Below are positions 1 through 5,284 of a DNA stretch of 5,284 bases, piece after piece. Source of the DNA: Rotaria sp. Taxonomy: Eukaryota. The stretch is from the NCBI GenBank assembly GCA_905331535.1, contig CAJNZB010000017.1, positions 853,603-858,886 on the forward strand, read 5' to 3'. The notes under the pieces were generated by a model, which made no database searches, was not told the origin of the DNA, and was given only the letters and a program-made list of their open reading frames with translations. Numbering within the stretch: position 1 is the stretch's first letter; each line of letters starts with the position of its first letter. The position numbers and the translations under genes were made by a program.

Positions 1-80
1 AATTTTCATTGCACGCTGGATTCAGATCGTTTATGCGCCTATACAAGTTGGTGAAAACTACAGTGCATTGATACAGCAGT

Positions 81-230
81 AAGAGGGTGTGGGTGTGTGT
101 AGATTTTGGTGCAAATGTGAGTGTTGGTAGCAGTGCGTGAATGCAAATGTGGATATGAGTGCAAGTTTGATTGTGGGCGGGTGCGACTATGAATGTGGGT
201 TTGGGAGATGCGGTGGCTGTAAATGTCCAT
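81..230 (+). repeat. Strand-asymmetric G/T-rich low-complexity block (degenerate TG / AATGTG-type repeats)
   Basis: By eye there are only about 10 C residues in ~150 nt on the plus strand. Recurrent motifs are gcaaatgtg (111..119 and 143..151), gaatgtggg (191..199) and gtaaatgtc (219..227), plus gtgtgggtgtgtgt at 87..100. Overlapping ORFs on both strands here translate to low-complexity Cys/Gly-rich or His/Thr/Pro-rich peptides. Confidence 0.6.
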
Positions 231-479
231 CATTTCTTTGTCCACTCACACCCACACCTCTGCCGCGAAGGCGAGTGTCCGAGAAATATTTGCCGCAGGG
301 GAGCAGGTATCATGGGAACAAGTGTCCCGAGAGCAACTGTCGCGGAAGCATCTGTTATGAAATCAAAAAAAGGACCGCGAAAAATTGTTCACTGTCTAGA
401 GCAAGGAGATGTTCACATTAGAGAAAGAGGCATTTACAGCAAAAATCGCTTTGTCGAACCTAAAACCATTCATAAGTAA
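171..479 (+). other. GC-richer ORF of uncertain status (102 aa). It could be a terminal exon of an upstream-starting gene, a transposon relic, or non-coding
   Basis: The ORF ends exactly where composition drops to AT-rich (about 480), and an AATAAA lies at 588..593. The C-terminal half (..GPRKIVHCLEQGDVHIRERGIYSKNRFVEPKTIHK) is not low-complexity. However, the N-terminal half overlaps the G/T-rich repeat, a second ORF (137..421) overlaps it in another frame, and many codons end in G/C, unlike the two supported genes. I recognise no homolog. Confidence 0.2.
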
Positions 480-756
480 CAGGTATTTACTAGTAGAAGT
501 TTTGGTATAGTTTAAAAGTATCATTCAACGCAAAGATTATAACTTTAATCATCATTCTATGTATAATGGCTGGGTCATCGATGTATAAATAAATATTTTA
601 GTCTAAAAATCAGTGGCAGCTCGATCAGGGAGAGATGTAACAATCTTCTCTTTACCAATGGTGGGAAATTTGTATTTTCTTTCAACAGAATAACCTATGT
701 CTGCTCTTTTTCAGCAACTGCGTCGTATTTTAATCGTAACTAGATTTGACTGAGTT

Positions 757-773
757 GCAATTCAATCGTAATC
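757..773 (+). repeat. Upstream copy of a 17-nt perfect direct repeat (gcaattcaatcgtaatc), the core of a ~80-nt diverged repeat at about 720..800
   Basis: It is an exact match to 1966..1982. The flanks are also similar: gtcgt+T-run upstream, and aaagcatagagaaatt vs aaatacatgagtaatt downstream. Confidence 0.85.
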
Positions 774-1073
774 GAAAGCATAGAGAAATTCTGTTGTTGC
801 ATTCTGTTAGATGGAAGGCATTCTCTATTTGCAAAAAGCTGTGGCACTCCTGTCAACTTCAAATTTCGGATGCTTCGAGTCACTATTGTTAAAAGCATTT
901 GTTTAGCTTTTTTCTTCTTACCTTCTTGTTCTTTTATTTTTCTCTCTCTCGCACATTCTGTAGTTGCATTTTTTCAGGATTCATATTTGTTACACACAAA
1001 AAATTACTTCATTCATTTTATATACTTTTGTTTTCACGGTCTAGTTAAATATATACTTTGACAAATAACAATC

Positions 1074-1457
1074 ATGGCTTTACCACTAAATATGACATTA
1101 ACAGTTTCATGTAACATATCCGAAGAAGATTCAGGACCAACAATTGTTCACAGTACAGGTGTCCAAAATTATCGTATTCATCCTGGGCTTATTCAAATTT
1201 TACAAGGCGCATTTGGAAATGAAAGATTACGTGATCATAAAGAAGGTGTTGAATGTGATGATCCACCAGCACAGGTTGTTGAAGCATTTAGAAATGCTGG
1301 GTTTTCTGTACAAGGTACATCAGAATCTAGTAATCGTAAAATATGGATGTTAACAAAAAAAAGTGGAGATGGTAATGATGGTGGCGGTGACGGAGGCGAG
1401 CCAGAACCAGAACCAGAACCTGAACCGGAACCCGAAGAAGATGAAGGAGAAGAGTAA
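1074..1457 (+). CDS. GCHFR: GTP cyclohydrolase I feedback regulatory protein (GFRP)-like protein, 127 aa, uninterrupted single exon, with a non-canonical C-terminal acidic low-complexity tail
   Basis: This is the ORF from the supplied track. The ATG at 1074 has A at -3 and G at +4, and an in-frame TGA lies 12 nt upstream (1059..1061), so it is the first possible start. Residues ~8-96 align to mammalian GFRP (~84 aa, recalled from memory): GPTIV vs GPTMV; HPGLIQILQGA vs DPELMQHLGAS; DDPPAQVVEAFRNAGFSV vs NDPPRIVLDKLECRGFRV; KIWMLTKK vs LVWCLHKE. Third codon positions are A/T-biased, as in the other gene in the window. An overlapping 69-aa ORF in another frame (1144..1353) is low quality. Confidence 0.78.
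   Translation: MALPLNMTLTVSCNISEEDSGPTIVHSTGVQNYRIHPGLIQILQGAFGNERLRDHKEGVECDDPPAQVVEAFRNAGFSVQGTSESSNRKIWMLTKKSGDGNDGGGDGGEPEPEPEPEPEPEEDEGEE
1398..1433 (+). repeat. In-frame hexanucleotide repeat (GAR CCN)x6 encoding (Glu-Pro)6 within the C-terminal tail of the GFRP-like CDS
   Basis: Read directly: gag cca gaa cca gaa cca gaa cct gaa ccg gaa ccc. It is followed by gaa gaa gat gaa gga gaa gag taa and preceded by a GDGNDGGGDGG segment. The first three Pro codons are identical (cca). The last three differ only at the synonymous third position. Confidence 0.95.
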
Positions 1458-1557
1458 ACTCGATCATTAAAATTGATTTGAAAAAAACAACAACAAAGAC
1501 TTCTTATATTCCTTTTTACCTAAATCGAAGTGTAAAAGAAAAAAACACACTTTCTTC

Positions 1558-1563
1558 AATAAA
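1558..1563 (+). promoter_or_regulatory. Candidate polyadenylation signal (AATAAA) for the GFRP-like gene
   Basis: This is the first AATAAA hexamer after the stop codon (1455..1457), about 100 nt downstream. Such hexamers are common in AT-rich DNA, so the support is weak. Confidence 0.3.
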
Positions 1564-1965
1564 CTATATATGAATGACGAATATACCGTTGATTTTCAGA
1601 AAGATCGAGTTACATTCGTGATAAAACGCTCGTTTAAAACATAATCATTGTCTCACTATTATTCAGATGAATATTTTTTGTAATTTCTGAGATAATTAAA
1701 GTTTTTTGTGAAGGAAAGAGAGAATTTGAAGACAGCAGCTTCTTTCGATTGGATTTAGTCGGATCGATTTTCGAAAATAGTGAGTAATATACGGGATGAC
1801 TTTATTATTCACCAGAATTCTATGATAGATTTTTTCGGGTTCACTCTCAAAAGAGATTCAGTCTTTGTACAGAGAACAGAGATATTTAAGAGAGTTTTTT
1901 TTTACACATATAGTTCATATTAATAAAGATTTACGCATGTCGTCTTTTTTTTTCGCAAATGTGCC

Positions 1966-1982
1966 GCAATTCAATCGTAATC
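1966..1982 (+). repeat. Downstream copy of the 17-nt perfect direct repeat (gcaattcaatcgtaatc), the core of a ~80-nt diverged repeat at about 1938..2010
   Basis: It is an exact match to 757..773, 1209 bp away in the same orientation. The two copies bracket the GFRP-like gene and its candidate poly(A) signal. Confidence 0.85.
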
Positions 1983-2107
1983 AAATACATGAGTAATTAC
2001 TTCTTGATTCTCCACATCTCTAAATAAATATTTGTTGAATTTCAAACACTATATAAAAATTTTTCACATTGGTTGATCAATATTCGTAACTATCTGATAT
2101 ATAATTG

Positions 2108-2214
2108 TAGTTATTTAATATCTATTCAGAGCTATTTATTTTCTTGAATGTCTTTAAGTGATTAGCTATTTAATCATTAGCACTATTTAATTTTTACTCG
2201 GTTACTTATTTATT
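2108..2214 (+). repeat. Cluster of five (C/T)TATTTA(A/T)T motifs in the intergenic spacer
   Basis: The motif copies are tagttatttaat (2108..2119), gctatttatt (2131..2140), tagctatttaat (2163..2174), cactatttaat (2181..2191) and cttatttatt (2205..2214). The AT-rich background makes chance clustering plausible. Confidence 0.35.
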
Positions 2215-3662
2215 CTAATGGATTTGTTTCGAGGAAGAAGCATGAAAATTGAAAATAATTCGATCGACAGCTATCTAACCTCAAGTACTATTTTATGAAT
2301 ATTCATAACTATATGAATAAGAAGAGAGAATATCATGGAATTGTTCTGTTGTTTAAGTTGAGACCTATTGAAATATAATATTGAATGTTCAAATCGAATT
2401 CGAAAAAAATAAGTTTAGAACTATCTTGAAAATGATGCGTTAGTCAGAATTGAGTAATATAAAATTAGAATACTAAAAGAACAGAAAAATACATAAACAA
2501 ATATTCTATACAGCATATTTACTGTTATTTTTTCTTTCAATAACAATGATTAATTTGGTAATTGTATTTGCATAACATTAATATTGCTCAAGAGTAACCA
2601 TTATCAATGTAGGGCAAAATATAGTTTTCCCGGTTAGAGTTTTTTTTTCATAACAGGTCATTTGAAAGTATATTTTAAATTAAAATATAATTCTTTCAGT
2701 AAGTGAGACCACAGCTTTTCTATTGAAAATCCAAGTAAAACTTTGATATCTCACGAATGAAGGCCCAAAAAAGCAAACAAATCTAGACTTTTCTATTATT
2801 CATCAGTACTCATCAAATAAATATCGTTCCGATTGAAAAGCGATGTGACACTTGGAGAGGTTCTCTCGTCAGATGAAAGGTATTTATTTTTCGTATTCTT
2901 TACAATTGAATGGATTTAAAATATTAGTCCGTGTTATTTTTATATGTACTTCTAAAACTTCATTCATTGATACAAGAAACATTAAAAAAGAAACAGAAAT
3001 GCTTCATATGAAAGAAAAGTTTTTTTTTTAGTTATACAAAATAGCATGCAAATAATAGATGTAGAATAATATGCATTCTCGATAATCAGTATATTTGTTT
3101 TTTACTTGAATCAAATAGTATTGTATTTATTTGACCATATTAAAGAAATTAAAGTACATACGTAAAGATATCATATTCTGTATTATTTATTGAGTAACAT
3201 ATATATTATTGTTTACTATATCGTATATTTTAATCATTATTCAACGTTGAATGTTAATATATCAAACTCAATCTTTTGAACGCAACAGATCAAACGATAA
3301 ATACAAAGGTTTATTCGAAATTGAGAAAATGTTAAGAGAACTTCAGTTTTCTTATATCGTTTCACTTTGCTAGTAATCGAAATCATGATTGTAAAACAAA
3401 AAAAAAAAGAACTTATTACAAATGGTTTCTTCAATAAAAACAAAGTTACAAAAATATTTGTTTGTATTTTTTCGTTATAAAATTGGTTGTTACTAATAAA
3501 AGAAATTATTTTTCAACGTATTTTATTTTTGAAAATAAAGAAAAGAAAAATTTATAAATATTTAAAATAGAAAAAAGAAATACAAAATTAATTCTTGATT
3601 TCATTTTAAGGAAGATAAGTATATCACTCGGTATTTTGTATTGAAAAATCAATGTTTCATGT

Positions 3663-4264
3663 TCAAGTTGAAAATAGAACACCTGTTATAGCCATTTTTT
3701 GAAGAGCTGAAATTAAATATTCATTTGCATGTGCATAATCCGTTGGTTCTGGTCCATGATTAGCACATTGTGTACTAATTTTAATAAAACGTTGTAATGT
3801 TGTATATGCTTGTTCATCAGACCAAAAATTTGAACCCTTAGTTAATGGTAATACAGATGAATTTATTGGATTTGTTGTTTTTGTTGTTGTTAAAAGTACT
3901 AATGGTGAACATTCATTAAGAATAAAATATGTTAAAATATGTTGCCAAACAGAATCAACAAATACTGGCTTTGATGAAGTTATTGGTGAACGTGTTTTTG
4001 ATAATGAATTATAAACATAATGATGAAGAATTTCAATAATTAAATAATCAATTAATGATATTTGACGTTGAAGAAGAAGACGTTTAGCTGTTAATGTTGG
4101 TCGAAGTGAAAGAGTAATTGTAGTAGGTGTTTCAGATGAATATGTATGATGAAAATATACGGTTTTATTTTTAGCAATTAAATATTGAACTGCATGTTGT
4201 AAAGATTGACCAATTAGACGATACGGTTGAATTTCAAGCATCTGTGCTACAATTGCTGGCGATA
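3663..4264 (-). CDS. Terminal coding exon of an unidentified protein (200 codons plus stop in this exon); product not recognised
   Basis: The tracked 192-aa ORF (3663..4241) stays open upstream of its Met for another 23 nt (..SPAIVAQ-MLEIQ..). It then reaches a strong 3' splice site, read on the minus strand as acttttttgtttttcag|TATCG, with the AG at 4266..4265. The sequence is non-repetitive and shares the A/T-ending codon bias of the GFRP-like gene. It ends at TGA (3665..3663), followed by very AT-rich sequence. The first minus-strand AATAAA is at 3527..3522. Confidence 0.7.
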
Positions 4265-4605
4265 CTGAAAAACAAAAAAGTTGAATTTATTTTTGAAACA
4301 TTCGTAATTTAAAATTTCAATTTAACAAGTAGTAAGCTTCAAGTTAATCACATGCGCAGATCAATGTTTAACTCTAACTAAATTCAGCTTATCATTCTAT
4401 CTAAACTAACGATCATATGAGAAATGATGATTCTGTAAAGTATAGAAATACAATAATTAATAACTCAACTAAAAATAAATTCGATATGATAATATATATT
4501 TCATAATATTATAAAACTTTTTTTTTGTTTGAAATTGATTTTGAGTTGGAAACTATAAAACTTATGAAATTGAGTAGATGAATTAAACATTTCATCATCA
4601 AACAT

Positions 4606-4683
4606 TGTTCGGTTCACTCATTCTCAAAATCTGTCGGGTTCATTTTAAACTCAGTAAAGTTTGGGTTCAAAAATTTTGGAACC
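4606..4683 (+). repeat. Three phased degenerate ~26-27-nt units, each with a GGTTCA core; the last unit ends in a near-palindrome
   Basis: GGTTCA occurs at 4611..4616, 4637..4642 and 4664..4669, giving spacings of 26 and 27 nt. The units begin tgttcGGTTCA, tgtcgGGTTCA and gtttgGGTTCA. The segment ggttcaaaaattttggaacc (4664..4683) is an inverted repeat with one bulged g. Confidence 0.55.
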
Positions 4684-4890
4684 GACGCGCTCTATTCACA
4701 ATAAAATTTTATTACCATTTCATGTTGCACGTTTGTTCGCGCTACCATCCCTATACTATGGTAGAATGACGTTTACGGGAAATCCGATTACTTAAATATC
4801 AAACTATCGCCAGTTGATTGTCGGTATATAAGCGATTCTGTGTCATTACTGACACATACCGCATATATGACGAAAATAAATACGAAACGG
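4681..4890. other. CpG- and GC-enriched island inside the AT-rich intron, containing two perfect 7-bp-stem hairpins; nature unknown (ncRNA, TE relic or regulatory element)
   Basis: By hand count there are about 16 CpG dinucleotides in ~210 nt, against about 6 in the preceding ~415 nt of intron. The hairpins are ctaccat-(9 nt)-atggtag at 4742..4764 and tgtgtca-ttac-tgacaca at 4839..4856. Confidence 0.5.
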
Positions 4891-5093
4891 CATACTGAAG
4901 GTGTTTTGTATGATTTGTTAATTAAAATCTTATCTTATTCTTTAATTATTCAGTTATCCTATAAAAACTTTTCGTCTTAATAAATAATTGAAATATTCAA
5001 TTAAACTAAAAACGAAACTATCCAACATGTAAAGGTTAGACTGAATAAAATAATCTTATTCTATTAATAAGTTAATCTTATTCTTCAACTTAC

Positions 5094-5284
5094 ATAATTT
5101 TGTTTGTTTTTTAATATTTAATTTTCGTGTTTCAATTAATAATGGTGCAAATAACCATGGTAAACTTAAAATTCGTCTAGCATGACTTGTATCATTATAA
5201 CAGACTATATATAAAGCACTTGCTTTAGCCATTTTTCTTTCCATACATTGTGCACAAGTCGAATGACAACGACGTAAATTATAT
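5094..5284 (-). CDS. Internal or 5'-proximal coding exon, partial and open to the window edge, of the same unidentified minus-strand gene
   Basis: The reading frame is open from the window edge: ..YNLRRCHSTCAQCMERKMAKASALYIVCYNDTSHARRILSLPWLFAPLLIETRKLNIKKQTKL. It ends at a consensus GTAAGT donor, and its phase is compatible with the exon at 4264. The tracked ORF (5056..5244) runs on into the intron only because no stop occurs for 13 further codons. Confidence 0.62.

Larger units (their letters stand above)
4265..5093 (-). other. Spliceosomal intron (829 nt, GT-AG) between the two minus-strand coding exons
   Basis: The donor on the minus strand is AAATTAT|GTAAGTTG, with GT at 5093..5092. The acceptor is TTTTTGTTTTTCAG|TATCG, with AG at 4266..4265. 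Exon A ends with 1 nt of a codon (T at 5094) and exon B begins with 2 nt (TA at 4264..4263). Together they make TTA (Leu) and keep both long ORFs in one frame. If the intron is read through, stop codons appear shortly after the donor. Confidence 0.68.

Noticed and set aside
39-245. 68-aa minus-strand ORF (His/Thr/Pro-rich)
   Set aside because: It is the complement of the G/T-rich low-complexity block. The peptide (HIHSRTRP..HLHSRTATNTH..THPHP) is just translated CA-rich repeat, and it overlaps two plus-strand ORFs. There is no independent coding signal.
137-421. 94-aa plus-strand ORF (Cys/Gly/Arg-rich)
   Set aside because: It overlaps the 171..479 ORF in another frame. Its first half is translated TG repeat, and I recognise no similarity. 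It is kept only as part of the unresolved GC-rich block.
870-1061. 63-aa plus-strand ORF immediately upstream of the GFRP-like gene
   Set aside because: The Phe/Leu/Ser-rich peptide arises from a C/T-rich tract and looks like translated pyrimidine-rich promoter or 5'-UTR sequence. It ends in a stop 12 nt before the real ATG.
1144-1353. 69-aa plus-strand ORF overlapping the GFRP-like CDS in another frame
   Set aside because: It lies entirely within the better-supported, homology-bearing frame, and the peptide has no recognisable features.
2394-2403. 10-nt perfect palindrome tcgaattcga
   Set aside because: It is a short isolated palindrome (an EcoRI site with flanks) with no partner repeats or associated feature. 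That is expected by chance.
3237-3443. 68-aa minus-strand ORF downstream of the minus-strand gene
   Set aside because: It is a Phe/Ile/Lys-rich translation of very AT-rich sequence containing an A/T homopolymer. It has no plausible splice link to the exon that ends at the 3663 stop, and it is most likely spurious.
4765-4860. Possible box C/D snoRNA on the plus strand (aATGACG at 4766..4772 as the C box, CTGA at 4849..4852 as the D box, ~80 nt apart)
   Set aside because: The C box is a mismatched variant, and the terminal stem is poor (only ggta/tacc, not adjacent to the boxes). It would also be antisense to the host gene, whereas intronic snoRNAs are normally sense. The sense-strand tGATGATGA (4600..4592) has no CTGA within a snoRNA-sized distance downstream.
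4681-4900. tRNA or hammerhead-ribozyme (SINE-like) motif in the intronic island
   Set aside because: There is no GTTCGAATC-type T-loop and no cloverleaf register. GAAAC is present (4885..4889), but there is no CUGANGA core on either strand; the nearest is ctgaagg at 4895..4901.
1-5284. Prokaryote-style system (operon, defence island, CRISPR array, integron or transposon with intact transposase)
   Set aside because: There are no tightly packed co-directional ORFs, no Shine-Dalgarno-type spacing, no spacer-repeat array and no recognisable transposase or integrase ORF. The gene structure is spliced and eukaryotic, so I do not claim such a system.

Overview
This window looks eukaryotic rather than prokaryotic. 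It is AT-rich with long homopolymer runs, has a GT-AG intron with consensus splice sites, AATAAA hexamers downstream of stop codons, and no operon-like ORF packing. My guess is an AT-rich metazoan, possibly a helminth, but that is inference only. Two protein-coding genes can be supported, and they converge. (1) A single-exon plus-strand gene at 1074..1457 encodes a 127-aa protein. Its first ~96 residues align, from memory, with the GTP cyclohydrolase I feedback regulatory protein (GFRP/GCHFR). It also carries an unusual 31-aa Gly/Asp plus (Glu-Pro)6 acidic tail. (2) A minus-strand gene contributes two exons, 5284..5094 (open to the window edge) and 4264..3663 (ends at a stop). They are joined across an 829-nt intron whose GTAAGT donor, TTTTTCAG acceptor and codon phase all agree. 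I do not recognise its product. Everything else is AT-rich non-coding DNA apart from two compositional islands. One is a GC-richer, strongly G/T-skewed block at the 5' end (about 1..480). The other is a CpG-rich, hairpin-bearing ~210-nt island inside the intron (4681..4890). I found no CRISPR array, tRNA, rRNA, defence-type cassette or intact mobile element, so I cannot support a novel multi-gene system here. The most checkable oddities are the ~80-nt direct repeats (17-nt perfect core) bracketing the intronless GFRP-like gene, the gene's acidic repeat tail, the intronic CpG island, and a phased GGTTCA repeat with a related copy 2.8 kb away.
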